A DNA stretch of 62,912 bases, the filler included, from Squatina squatina (lineage: Eukaryota), in assembly GCA_031763465.1 (NCBI GenBank). It is 4 parts of 4 records of this genome, joined end to end, with 100 filler letters (N's around TTAATTAATTAA, not from the genome) between each part and the next. Parts side by side here need not be neighbours in the genome. Positions count along the whole stretch, not along the records: positions 36,056 to 48,574 come from JARFOE010000004.1; positions 48,675 to 62,912 come from JARFOE010000005.1; 2 more parts are not named here. One strand, given 5' to 3'. Shown here one piece after another: positions 36,291-48,780 of the stretch (positions are counted from its first letter, which is position 1; every line of letters starts with the position of its first letter). The position numbers and the translations under genes were made by a program. The notes under the pieces are model-generated. The model ran no database searches. It was not told where the DNA came from and saw only the letters and a program-made list of their open reading frames with translations.

Positions 36291-36944
36291 GTCACTGCTA
36301 TTTTCAAGAATTCCAAGGAATGCATTGATCAGAAAGTGTATCAAGCTGAAACCGGCAATGTTCCGGCTGCATTTGTCGATGGGTCGGTAAATGGTGGTGA
36401 CAGAAATGGGGCCAACAGTCTGGCAATTAAGAGGAAGTTGGATGCTGGCCATGTGGAGATTCAGGCGAGTTACATTGGGACAACTCTGATAGTGCGGCAG
36501 GTGGGGCAGCTTCTAGGCTTCGCCATCCTCATGCCGGAGGAAGTGGCAAGTTCACACACACAGGAGCAGGATCTGCAGCTCTGTGTATCTGGCTGCCCTT
36601 TCACGGAAAGGCTTCCCTGGAACTCACCCCTTTACACTGCACAAGAGGCGAAAGCCAAATGTAAAGAGGGGCTGCTGGTGGAAGATATCTACTTCGAGTG
36701 TTGTGTCTTCGATATCCTGGTGACTGGTGATCCCAATGTTTCATTAGCAGCATTTAGGGCTGTGGAAGATGGTAAAATGCTACACCCAGATAAGGAAACG
36801 TTTCATGTGTTCAGGAACGGTGTGTCTGGCAGGCCGACCCTCTGCTGTATGCTCCTGTTGGCTTCTGTGCTGTGGACACTGTGTCTGCAACAAGCAACTT
36901 TTCTTGTAAAAGCCTGGGAACCTAAAAACAGAGTCAGTGAGTGA
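36291..36944 (+). CDS. HJV: Final coding exon of an RGM-family gene, most like hemojuvelin (RGMc)
   Basis: Acceptor ttggttccag|GTC (phase 0). VTAIFKNSKECIDQKVYQAE...FVDGSVNGGD...HVEIQASYIGTT...EQDLQLCVSGCP...CKEGLLVEDIYFECCVFDILVTGDPN. EQDLQLCV, CKEGL, GDPN, the short CP-to-C linker and VLWTLCLQ favour HJV over RGMA/RGMB. The RGM family call is firm; orthology is less so. Confidence 0.8.
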   Translation, partial: VTAIFKNSKECIDQKVYQAETGNVPAAFVDGSVNGGDRNGANSLAIKRKLDAGHVEIQASYIGTTLIVRQVGQLLGFAILMPEEVASSHTQEQDLQLCVSGCPFTERLPWNSPLYTAQEAKAKCKEGLLVEDIYFECCVFDILVTGDPNVSLAAFRAVEDGKMLHPDKETFHVFRNGVSGRPTLCCMLLLASVLWTLCLQQATFLVKAWEPKNRVSE

Positions 36945-38159
36945 TTCTGAACAAATGACTCTCAGCTGTTTTCCCGCACACAGTGCCCACGTGTGAACCA
37001 GACCAAGTCTTGCAGCTTTTCACTTCAAGTCTTACTCGCCCATTTTGGACATCAATGTAAAACTGATACTTCAGTGACTGAGCCGCCATGGAAATGCACC
37101 AGGTCCCTTTGAGTAATTGACATTTAAACATAAGACATTTGACTGAAGCTCCATTTTTAGATTTATCAGCTGTCACCTCATATAATGCACAATCTGTGCA
37201 GTCAGATATCCACCAGTACACAGCCCTTTTGAAATCTGCAGTGCACTGAAGCACATCCTTTTGGAGTAGAATGACAGAATGAATCCACTGACTCAGAAAA
37301 TTTTAAGTTGCTTCTATAGACATTACTTTACTGATTCATGAATAATTACGGCCACAGTCTAGCATTGACAAAGCATCCTAAAATGTCGCCGGGAATGTCA
37401 CAGAGAAAGAAGAACTGGCACGGAGTATAATTGGGGATGCTCGGAGAGGTGACCAAATTTGCAGTGAATTAGTTAGGTCTGAGAAGCCAGTTAATGTTGG
37501 GAAGAGAGGCAGAGAAGTTTAAGTAGCGCCAAGACAACTGAAGGCTCTTCCATCAATAATTAGATGGAAGGAGAAGGCCAGAGTCAGATGAATAATTGAC
37601 TCAGAACAGTGTGCACAATATATTTGAGCCATTTTGAATCAGTGTATATTCTGTGCCCTTTATTCGCAACCATCAAAAGGAAACGACTGTGAATGCTTGC
37701 AGCTCTGGAAGTAATTTTGATTGTATGTATTCTCCACTAATTTGGTCATCCCTGCACAAGTATGCAATAACTCTCCACAGTGCCACAAGGTTGTTGTACC
37801 TTCACACTCTTCCCTTGGCGAAGAGTGGGAACTAGTAGAAGGATTCGCAGGCTGTTCAACAGTCTGACAGGCCGCGACAGGAACACTCCCTCCATGGCCG
37901 TACCATCTTCATACCAGCCGACATAGTGATTAGTCAAATACAGCGGAAGGGTTTTATGGGCTCCCACAACTCATACCGACACAAGTATCCTAGAATTCAG
38001 AGCTGGACCTCTGGTCTCCACTGTCTGGAGCAGGTTCGAACCCGGCACTTTCTGACTCAGAGGTGGGAATGCTACCACTAAGCTGAAAGCTTATGTAATA
38101 TTTCATTGTAATATTGTTCTATTTATGTAGCTACATGCCCCTTAATTGCATTTGTTATT

Positions 38160-38289
38160 GGCGCTGAAATTGCGGCCCCTACGGGTGCGTAGGAAGTGCA
38201 CACGCGCGCCTAGAGGCCCCGCAAGTTCCGGGTTTTGGAATGCACTGTGTGTGCCCCTAAACGTGGAACTTACAGATCCAGAGTAAAGT
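38160..38289. mobile_element. GC-rich DNA-transposon-like terminus, cut by gap
   Basis: Abrupt switch to CpG-rich sequence starting GGCGCTGAAATTGC. Similar in style to the termini at ~12600, 24015 and ~50849. Confidence 0.4.
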
Positions 38290-39589
38290 NNNNNNNNNNN
38301 NNNNNNNNNNNNNNNNNNNNNNNNNNNNNNNNNNNNNNNNNNNNNNNNNNNNNNNNNNNNNNNNNNNNNNNNNNNNNNNNNNNNNNNNNCAACCAAAAAC
38401 CTACCCGTACCACCTAACTGGTTAAACAAATGAACAGATTGCTTGAGCCAAAAGGTAATGGGTAACAGTTTCAGAAGATAGTATGAATCTTTAATATTAT
38501 TCAATATTATTATGCAAAAGTTGATGCAGAATATGGGGTTGCCCTTCATACAATAGCACGAGAAAAGCACAATTCAGAAGCAGGCTTAGAAATACTGTCC
38601 TTCAGAATTTTATCAATTTGGCTCTCAGTAATCAATTTTTGGTGCAGGAAGTCTGGCATGAAAGGGAATTAAGAGGCTTTGCATCTTTGGTATTGATTTA
38701 ATGTAATGTTACATTGGTATATTCTGGTTCATTGCTGTAGAAAATGTTGGAGTAAATCCTTCTGATGTTTGGACAGCTGGACAGCTGTGTCTGCTGCCAG
38801 TGATAATGTCTGTACTTTCAATATTGGATTGCAAGTTGGTGTCTTTCCTTGCAACAAAAAAAGCACATATGCATTTTAATCAACTCAATTATTTTGCTCC
38901 ACTGTACTAATAAAAGAGCCAAAAGGTAACCAGATTATGTTACAACCAAGCCAATAACTTAAAGAGCAGATCCCACAGCAATCAATGCAGAATGTTTTGG
39001 ACCATTCCCTTTGCTACATTGCAACTTGTTAAATTGGAATTGCACACCAGAACATCTTAGAATACACTGAATGCTCCAAGTTAGTGTGTTTGTCACAGGC
39101 TTCACAATGAGTTCTCAGGACCTGATAAGTCACAATATTAATCTATGTCCCAGACACTGATATTGCTACAGTGCATGATGCCTGATTACTAAAATCTGTC
39201 CTGATTCAGGTGGGGAATTTATGGTATTAATTGATCATATGGACTACAAATCCAAGTAAAGTCTCAGTTGTCTCCAGTCCAAAATCCTTCACTCGGCTGT
39301 TTCATGCCACAAAGGTTTATTGGCAGTAATTAACAGTGATCACGTGGTTAAAGAGGCACATAGACTGGAAAGAGCAAGACTTAACTTTCTGTGGTGAGTT
39401 TTGTTCATAGGTACCGTGCAAATACAGCAACTTCACTCCATTCAATGCATTCCAGTGGTGAGCCAGACAGCGAGCTGCCATTTTTGCAAAGCTAACAGGG
39501 AAGCAGCACAATTGGGACAGCAACTTTTGGATTTTTGAGTTTAACCTTGCAACTACCCCTCACGTGAAGTTGCTGTACCATTTGCGAAT

Positions 39590-39749
39590 TCCTTTCCTTG
39601 TCTGGTCTGGCCTATATGTGATCCACACCAATGTGGTTGACTCTTAACTGCCACTCAAATGTATTTCAAAAATTCCCATCTCCACCTTCTTGAGGGCAAC
39701 TAGGGATGGGCAATAAATGCCAGCCTTGTCAGTGACACCCGCATCCCCA
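39590..39749 (+). mobile_element. SINE 3' part with CR1-type tail
   Basis: GTCTGGCCTATATGTGATCCA...AATGTGGTTGACTCTTAACTGCC...CACCTTCTTGAGGGCAACTAGGGATGGGCAATAAATGC is the reverse complement of the family at 25240. Confidence 0.7.
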
Positions 39750-40337
39750 NNNNNNNNNNNNNNNNNNNNNNNNNNNNNNNNNNNNNNNNNNNNNNNNNNN
39801 NNNNNNNNNNNNNNNNNNNNNNNNNNNNNNNNNNNNNNNNNNNNNNNNNATTTGCGATCTGTCCAGAAACTTCTGGACAGATCCAATGCTGAGGCTGCGA
39901 AGCCCATCCCCAGCACTGAGCTTTGCAATATTTTTGCAAAGCTTTCTGCTGGAGATCTCTTGAAATTTCTTACACATGGTAAAACCTAGTGTATCTGCTT
40001 GGTTTTACTATCGTAAGAAATGTTTAAAAAATTTAATTCAAACAAATTACTGGGACATTATTTTAAAGCCATTCCAAGTAAGGTAAGTGTGTTTTTAAAT
40101 ATTTTAAAAGTTATTTTTTAATTTCAACATTTTTTTTGTGTTATTTATCTCCTTTTTGATTAAATTTTAATGTTAAAATAGTTTTACAAATGTTTTGGGA
40201 TGTGTTTCTGTTGTTTTTCATCTTTTATTGAAGTTTTGACAGTTCTTGACAGATCGCTGAGAGCTGTCAAAATGTCATTGAAAGATACACCTACCTGATT
40301 GGCTGGGGCCTCCCATGTGACCTCTCCAGCCTTTTTT

Positions 40338-40475
40338 TTTCTTCTGTCTCCTTTGGTTCTTTGGCCAATTACCTTAAATCTGCGTCCTCTGGTTCTCAAC
40401 CCTTCTGCCATTGGGAACCGTTTCTCTCTATTAACTGTCTAGACTCCTCACGATTTTTTAACATCTCTATCAAAA
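40338..40475 (-). mobile_element. CR1 ORF2 C-terminal fragment
   Basis: AEGLRTRGRRFKVIGQRTKGDRRKK matches the CR1 TRGH..KL motif region. Confidence 0.75.
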
Positions 40476-42719
40476 ATGTGTGTCTCATATACTGGCCTAG
40501 TTTGCCAGGGATATGTGTAGAGGTGATGCCATTGTAAACCACCAGGAAGACTCATTGGTATTTGGCATCATAACTGCATCTGTTATAGTATCTGTTTGGA
40601 GTAACTACACTGTACAGAATTTTAAAAATTAATTGTTCCAATTCTGCAGCCATGAAAGGCTCTATTTCCATTGGATTTGTAAAATTCCAGGTAATTTGTG
40701 AAGAATAAAAATAAGGAGTTATATAATCAGCAGCGGAGTCATACAGTAGGCAATGCAAATGATGATCTAAATATTCCTCGTGGTATAGGGTGCCATCCAT
40801 CTACTCTGCAAGATACGGCACAGATTTGGAATCTGTCAGTTTCAGTATTGCAGTGTCAAAAATCAATTGCTAGAGAAATTACTGTGGCACAATAGTTTAT
40901 GTTTTTCCCTACTTGAAAAGATGGGCATACTATTCCAAAAATATAGTAGGATTGAAGGATTATCTTGTGAAAAAGAAGGAAGATTCTGATAATAGGAAAT
41001 GATATATTCAGATTGTTTAAAAATACTGCTGGCACCAGAAGGGTTTCCCAAGCCAATAATGTTCTGTAAATATTTTTAAGAAGGCATGTAGGCCCAGGAG
41101 TTTCAGTAGCAAGAGGCTGATCTTATGCTTCAATTGTGATTCTGATACTGATGGAAGCTTCAAAGACATTAAGCTTGCTGATAATTGTAACACTTTTGCT
41201 GATTAGGTTACAGTTTACTGAAATTTTATTGATCCAACAAGTCGTATACTGTTTGCACATCTAACCAAGTCCAGAATGTCTATTGACACCACTGTGTCAG
41301 CCAGTGAGTTGGAGGTGGGGCGGGACTTCTGGCAGGAATCATGGCAAACAGTCTATTTTACAGCAAAAAAGTCTAATCACTCAGCAAACAAAATCTATTT
41401 AAACAAAGCACTACAGCAAGCAGTCCGCAGAGTCTATTTTTAAAAAATCTCTATGAACTGGAGAAAACAGAACTCATGACCAAAACAACAGCAATGTCTG
41501 CTGATAGAAGCAAATGCAGTGAGTAGGTAAGTTACGCAACACAAATTGATTGTTTCCTCAGCAAAATGAAGAGTGGAGGATGGTTACATACAAATGATGT
41601 GTGTAAAATCAATCCCACACACTTTGCGGGCGAATTAGCCAATCATTTCCATACTGGCCAGGAATAGTGGTGCCACTATATTCAGCAAACAAAATCCACT
41701 GTAGCGAAGAACTGGAGTAAAAATATAAATGCAGATCTTTTATTGTAGTTAGCTTCCCTCTTAGCAGTGAGAATATTTGCTTTGGGTGTTCAGAAATCAA
41801 GCAAGAGTATTTAAAACTCAAATCCATAGACGCATAGAATGGTTACAGCAAAGGAGGCCATTTGGCCCATCAAGCCCATGCCGGCAATTGATAATTAGCA
41901 GAAGAATTAACATATATTCCTTAAAATACAGAGTTTTGGTTTTGCTTCTTCAGTTACTTTTTCAAGAATGTCGCTATCCAGCAATGAGAGGGCAAAGACT
42001 TCCTGTTCAGCAATTGATGTCTGTAATATTTTGCAACTGAGGATTTAGCTGTGAATCTAGTAGAATGCCGTGACAGTGAAATGACAATTTGTGAACACAT
42101 TTATCAATTAATATTCACTGAAGGAAATGCAACTGCCAAATTATTTTCAAAAAACTAACCTTCCAACTGCAAGCTTCCATGGTGATCCACCTGTTTTCAT
42201 TTCTCACTTCTGTGTCTTTCTCTTGGAATGGTTTTGTGTTAGTGTTCGCAGCTTCTCTCTCACTTTTTGAACTGTTAATCTGTTTCCAATTTAGCTTTCT
42301 CTCTCTTTTCTCAGCCCTTCGCTCTTTTCATGTGCGCGTAATATATTAAATAGGAACAATAAGAGGAAACAAAAAGTGCTCTGCTCACCTCTGGATAGAT
42401 CCAGTACCTCACAGCATCAATCTCCTTTATCCATCTGCTTTAGCCCTGAATAAATACACAGATTTTATTTCTAGGTGTTTTAAATTAATGGATGGGGCAC
42501 CCAAAGTGTTTTTTTTAATGATTTATAGTCACAATTTATTGTTTTACAAACTGTTGGCATCCTGTGATGGACAGAGGTAAATTCAGAAATAAATGAGTTG
42601 AGTGGGTGCTAGAAGAGGGAAGATGAGCCTTCCTCACAAATAGTTCAAGTGACAGCACTACTTTTTTAAGTATCCAACACCAAAATTGACTAAAAAAATC
42701 CATGAGGTTAGGGTTATAA

Positions 42720-42973
42720 AACAACAACTTGCTTTTATGTAGCATCTTTAACAGAAAAATATCTCAAGGTGCTTCACAAAGGCATAAAGAAAAAAATGGA
42801 CACCAAACCTAAGAAGATAATATTAGGTGGGATGACCAAACAGGTGGTTTTTAGGAGGAGAGAGGTGAAGACAATGAGGGGTTTAGGTAGTGAATTCCAG
42901 AGTGTGGGGCCCAAGCTGGGGCAAAGGAAACTGGAGATACACAAGATGCCAATGTCAAAGGAACAGAGAGATG
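42720..42973 (-). mobile_element. L2-like LINE 3' end (decayed)
   Basis: ACAACAACTTGCTTTTATGTAGCATCTTTAAC...CTCAAGGTGCTTCACA is the reverse complement of the tail at ~52000-52058. Confidence 0.6.
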
Positions 42974-45900
42974 NNNNNNNNNNNNNNNNNNNNNNNNNNN
43001 NNNNNNNNNNNNNNNNNNNNNNNNNNNNNNNNNNNNNNNNNNNNNNNNNNNNNNNNNNNNNNNNNNNNNNNNNTTGTCTTCATTAATATTGAGCGACATC
43101 CTGCAGCTGGGACAAGTATGGAGGTATTGTGTGTGTGCGGGGGATGGCGAGGGGGAATTTAAAAATAAATGAATCAAAGGTGTATTTTTTGGAGGAAAAA
43201 AAATGTTTTGATTCTGTGGGTCTAAATTTGTGGAGGAGAGTCGCGATGGGGAGGGTCATCGAGTAAATGGGATCACGGTAATGCAAGATCGCGTTGCGCG
43301 TCCGTGTCCTGCAGCTGGAACAAGTGTAAAGATACTGTGAAAGATGAGTGATGGATTTTTACCTCTCCTCACAGATCTGGTCTGGGGAGTCAATCTGTGG
43401 ATTCGTGCCCATCAAAAATGGTTTTCGAGTTTGTAGTTATCAGTTATCAATACAGGTGTACGTTCTGCAGTTAGCATAAAAATGGCGCAGCGGTGAGAAT
43501 GAATCATATAAGATGATCCGTGGCTCCCGTTCTAGCTTTTGGAATAGTATGGGATGACCTCCATTGAGAAATGCTCATTGATCCATGCCATCTTAATTGA
43601 GTTTACCGCAAATGGGTATTAATAATAAATTTTGGAGGTGAGATGAGTATGAAGGTAATGCGATTGTGTAATATTGCCTTTTTGAGAATGGAGTGACTAT
43701 TTTCGATAAGTGCCCACTGCATATAATCATTTAAAACGTGGAGATTGTGATTTTCAAAAAAATGTTGCAGTTAATTTGGGCAGATTGATCAAACAATTTC
43801 TCAATGACCACTGCAGTACGTTATTTGCATTAGTCATTGACAGCATACTATTAGGACAAGAATGNNNNNNNNNNNNNNNNNNNNNNNNNNNNNNNNNNNN
43901 NNNNNNNNNNNNNNNNNNNNNNNNNNNNNNNNNNNNNNNNNNNNNNNNNNNNNNNNNNNNNNNNAAATTTAATGTAATTGTGAAGCCGAAACCACTTCAC
44001 GCTGTTGGTAAACTAAGTGTGTATGTACTATTAAATGAAGGCCTCTTTTCTCAGATTAGCCTATTCAATATTAGATCGGTGTGTCAGACCCTACTGACTC
44101 GCAAATACAATTTTAAGGAACCATGCATGTGATTTTCTTTCAACAGAAGTTTTTGGTTTATGTCTGCATGATTACTAATTTTCCTCTTAATTAAATTTGT
44201 AGATGGACAATACTAAAAGGTCACTAAGGCATATTTTAAAATGTTGCAAAAGTGCCAAAACTCTTTTTTAAGCTGAGATTGTAAGTATATTTTAGGCTGG
44301 TATTTGATTTTTTAAAAACATCTGCCTTGCTTAGTTTGCAATGGTATTTGACTGTGATTCGCAAACATTTTTCAGGTTTTTTTTAAATGCAAGCATGGTT
44401 AATATAAGGATTAAATGTGTTACAGCAATTGAAGGAATACAAATTGAGGGATGACATCTCCGTGCAGTCTGGATTTTAAAAACCAGCCCACAGTGTCAAT
44501 ACTGACTCTCAAAGAAAGGAAGGAGGCTAGTTAGTTTTATAGGATTTGAAACGTTGTGATTTAAAGTTCAAACTTATTATTAACTGTGATTTGATCCATC
44601 ATTATACAAAGACTCACTACCTTCATTGATTTTAATTACAGCAACTCATATGTTGTGTTGGTACAGCGCTGCACTGCATTACCATTGCTATTCATTGGGG
44701 AACTAGTTATTGCATGTACATAAATCAGCCATGTCCATTTCTGCATGAGCAGCAAGGCTGACGTATGTTGTGCATACTTGGCTAATTTCTCGCGATTGAG
44801 CCTAGGCTTCTGTATATNNNNNNNNNNNNNNNNNNNNNNNNNNNNNNNNNNNNNNNNNNNNNNNNNNNNNNNNNNNNNNNNNNNNNNNNNNNNNNNNNNN
44901 NNNNNNNNNNNNNNNNNTGTGTGCACTTCCTATCAACATTTTCCATTATAAAATCCTCTGTCCACATTTGGAATGGAAACTGCTGATGTAAAATGTGTCA
45001 TGATATAGTTATACCCGCCACTCTCCACCAAAGCCACCCACCCCACGATAACCAATTCAAAAGCAGAAAAACACAGACTTAACTAAAGAGAAAGCAAAGT
45101 CACTTAAATGAGGAAGAGTAAATTTGATGGACATTCACAAAGATCTGTCGTTTTCAAATGGATAGGTGATGTAGTCTCCGTGGTGAAACAGATATGTGGA
45201 TGCAAATTTTGTTCACATGAACGATGGAAAAAAATTCTTATAGAAGTGTTTGGGTGCAGTCCCCAAAACTGCTGTAACACGTCTTACATGAGTAGAACCA
45301 GTGCTGAGTGAACAACTGATGGGGCTGATGTAAGGATTCCTAAAGAGGACAGATATTTAAAAGTGTCTAAAATTGTATTGAATTAGAGAAACCCAAATGA
45401 AGACACCCCTCTCCCCAGCCTGCCCCCCACCAACCCCATTTCCGGGACGTTTTGAGTAAATGCCCAACCACTGCAAAAAATCGCACTGAAATTGCCAGAA
45501 TAGGTCAGATTTTATTTTTCACACTCAAATTCTCTTTGACTTTACAGTAAAAAAAAATTGAGTGGTTTACAAGAACAGGATGTTTGACTGTCTGCCATAT
45601 GAGCTAGAACTTTTGTGAAATAGTAATTGCAAATCAAATATTTAATTTTCTTGAGATATGGCGGATGACGGCTTTTTCTTAATGAGGGTTCTGGGGTATC
45701 AATTTATTTTGATAACTCTGTAAACTTCTGTGGTGCAGTGGAGAGTAGTTTTGGCTGGACTCGGGGACTGCAGCATCAAGTGAAGAAAATGAAGCCTACT
45801 CATGGCTTAGTGTGTTAATATATCACGTGGTTTTGCTATTTTAATAATACAGACCAGGAAAATTGCAGGTTAATTCCTGATGCATGCCAAATGTGTTGAT

Positions 45901-47439
45901 CTTGGGCAGTGGACTGCTACAGTTGACATTGGTGTCCTGAAGCTACTGAGGAGGGCGAGATACAGCCAGAGTTCCCATTGCTGATTGCCCTCCGGCAGCT
46001 CCTGGTCATAGTATGCATGTGTGGATTTTCCTGTTGCCCATCAATGCTCACCTGCTGGTCTTTTGAGTAAAGAATCATCGCCTGGTGAGGTATTGGAAAA
46101 CCAGCAACACTTGCAGAATGGCACCTCCTACATCAGTAGTATCAGAAAGAAAGAAAAAGGGGAGAATATGCAAGGGAAAATTAGAGCAGAGAAGAAAAGA
46201 AAGTGTTAATCCCTGCTGATGCATGTTTGCGGAAAGACAGCTGGAGTTCCAATCAAATAACATGTTATTTTCCTTAAATAGTTGGGTATGATTAATTCTG
46301 TCGAAGAAACTACTTAAATTCATAACACTTCTCTTGACTGAATCAATGCTTAATAACACCCTGTGTTCGGTCTACACCAATTGAATTAATTTCTGTTCGC
46401 TAACTGATCTTAACTAGTATTTCTTCTACCATGTACCATCTAAATTATAGCTTTCTGTTTCATATGGCGTACTGCACTATTTTTCTTTTGGCTTTACACN
46501 NNNNNNNNNNNNNNNNNNNNNNNNNNNNNNNNNNNNNNNNNNNNNNNNNNNNNNNNNNNNNNNNNNNNNNNNNNNNNNNNNNNNNNNNNNNNNNNNNNNT
46601 ATCTATAACTAAAAATCTGCTGAAGTACTGCCTTCACTTTCACCAGGTACCGATTTAATTGCATAATGCATCCATCCAAAGCAACTGAGATTTAAATCTT
46701 TCCCATGGATTTTGTGCAGCTTTTATTGTAATTTACTTTCCCATGATTCAGTTTGAATTGTTTTTTGTATTTGGAATTGAATGTTTATATGGAACATGCT
46801 GTCTTCAGCATGGTCTGTTTTGATTATAATTTGAGTCTAATGTGCTAAGATTGATGTCAAGGCTGCTGTCCTGGTGACTATGAAGATTTTGTTAGATAGT
46901 TTGGCTGTTGGGATCTGGCGTGGTGCCTGCCCTTCTCTTTTTCTCAATGGGATCAAACGATTGGCTGTTTGCCAGATACTACGGTGCCACTGAGCTTTTA
47001 TCAATCGGATCAGTTGTTTGTAAGTTGAGTATTTGATGCAGTGACTGAAAGATCAGTTTGCTTTCAGTTAAGATCATTTATCAAAGGAGTCATCTTGGAA
47101 TTCCTCACAGTCTTCAACCCGAGCAAGTATCGTCTGACACTCTGTGAATTTTTCCTTTCTGGGAGCCTCCTGAGACCTTGTTAGGGCAGTACTTTATTTC
47201 CACTGAAATCGTTCAGGGCATTCATCCTTGCTTTCTTGCACGCAATCTGTGTGTATGTTTTTTTAAATACAGTACAGAGCCTTAGTTTATGTGCACTTTT
47301 GAGACTTATTGTTCAGCATTGCAATACATGAGGGGGGTTTCCATTAAGGAGGAATTTCACTTCATAGAAAACCTGTACAGATTAAGAACCCCTTAAGCAG
47401 CTTCCTCTCAAATTCTTATTAAAAAATTGTTTCTTTCTC

Positions 47440-47760
47440 CTGGCCAGGAAATGTTGATGCATTCTGGGATGTGGTTTTATAGATGCCAGGTGCCTGGCAA
47501 TTAAGGTGTCACCAAGCTATTTTGTAAAGGAGGGGTGTCACAGTCAAGCTCATTTGATCTCTACAAATGAATTTTCGAGCAGGAGTCACTGGATGGTGAT
47601 CCGGTGTGGGAACCTTGACTGATCTTTTTCCTCCCCTTTCCCCTAGTCTTTGGCAAGTTGTTGCAATCCTACTCCTGCCAGCTGAGACCAGCTAACCCAA
47701 CTCAACTCTGCCTCAGCAGCCTTGCTCAGTTCTACACCAGGCCTTGTCCTTGCCCAACTG
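47440..47760. mobile_element. Unclassified SINE-like interspersed repeat
   Basis: GCAGGAGTCACTGGATGGTGATCCGGTGTGGGAACCTTGACTGATCTTTTTCC. Similar motifs occur at ~33230-33290 and, reversed, at ~14450-14500 and ~45900-46020. Confidence 0.45.
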
Positions 47761-48574
47761 AACTATCAGGAGTGCTGTAGGNNNNNNNNNNNNNNNNNNN
47801 NNNNNNNNNNNNNNNNNNNNNNNNNNNNNNNNNNNNNNNNNNNNNNNNNNNNNNNNNNNNNNNNNNNNNNNNNNNNNNNNNGTGTAATTCATGGGCGTAA
47901 CAGTAGTATCCTCTTGTGGTCTGAACTGCATATTCATGTCTTTCACACATGTTCTGTGCACCTCTCCAAAATTCTTGAAGGCAGACCAAGAAAACACCTG
48001 CTTATTTCACAGCAAGTGAATGATCCAACTCATTTCATGAAATCAGTACAGTTGTCTCTAAATAATAATACAGAAATAGCGAACATGCTGTGCGTCCTGA
48101 TATCATCGGGTCACCTTGCTTGACTTAAACAATACAAATGTTTTCTACCCTTCTGCATTCTCCTTCTGTATCTGGTGAAAGCTTGTCCTTACAGCATTCT
48201 GCTTTTAAAATAAACTGCCTGACTTCCTGTGTCTTTTTTTTAAAACTTCCTTCTGTTCACAGTCTGATATCATCAAACAGATGTCACATGATCTGCTCCA
48301 TTTGACATAAAATGATACAATATTGGATCAGAGCTGTTTCTAAAGAAGTCTTTCTTGCACCCCCTTAAAATCCAATAGTGCAGACTTGAGAGGCTGCAGT
48401 GGCTGTGAAAAATGATATTGACATTTTCATTTCTGTTCACGTATCTCAAACACACCAGTTGGAGTGTCAGTTATTCACTTAACTGGAATCAACTGTACGA
48501 AGACACTGTCATGGCCTAATTAACATTACGTGGAAATGCTGCCTTAGTCAGAGGGTTAATGAGCTACCATCAAA

Positions 48575-48674
48575 NNNNNNNNNNNNNNNNNNNNNNNNNN
48601 NNNNNNNNNNNNNNNNNNTTAATTAATTAANNNNNNNNNNNNNNNNNNNNNNNNNNNNNNNNNNNNNNNNNNNN
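48575..48674. other. Artificial scaffold-joining linker N44-TTAATTAATTAA-N44
   Basis: 12-mer at 48619-48630. Confidence 0.95.
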
Positions 48675-48780
48675 CCGGGTGCTGGAAGGTGGGATTAGAA
48701 TGGGCACCTAGTTGTTCTTTGAGCCGGCACGGACACGATGGGCTGAATGGCCCTCTTCTGTGCTGTATCTTTTCTATGAT
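48675..48780 (+). mobile_element. CR1 3' UTR end
   Basis: GCCGGCACGGACACGATGGGCTGAATGGCCCTCTTCTGTGCTGTATCTTTTCTATGAT. Confidence 0.75.

Noticed and set aside
40552-40800. 82-aa minus-strand ORF MDGTLYHEEYLDHH...
   Set aside because: No recognisable domain, an in-frame stop immediately upstream, and no convincing splice context.
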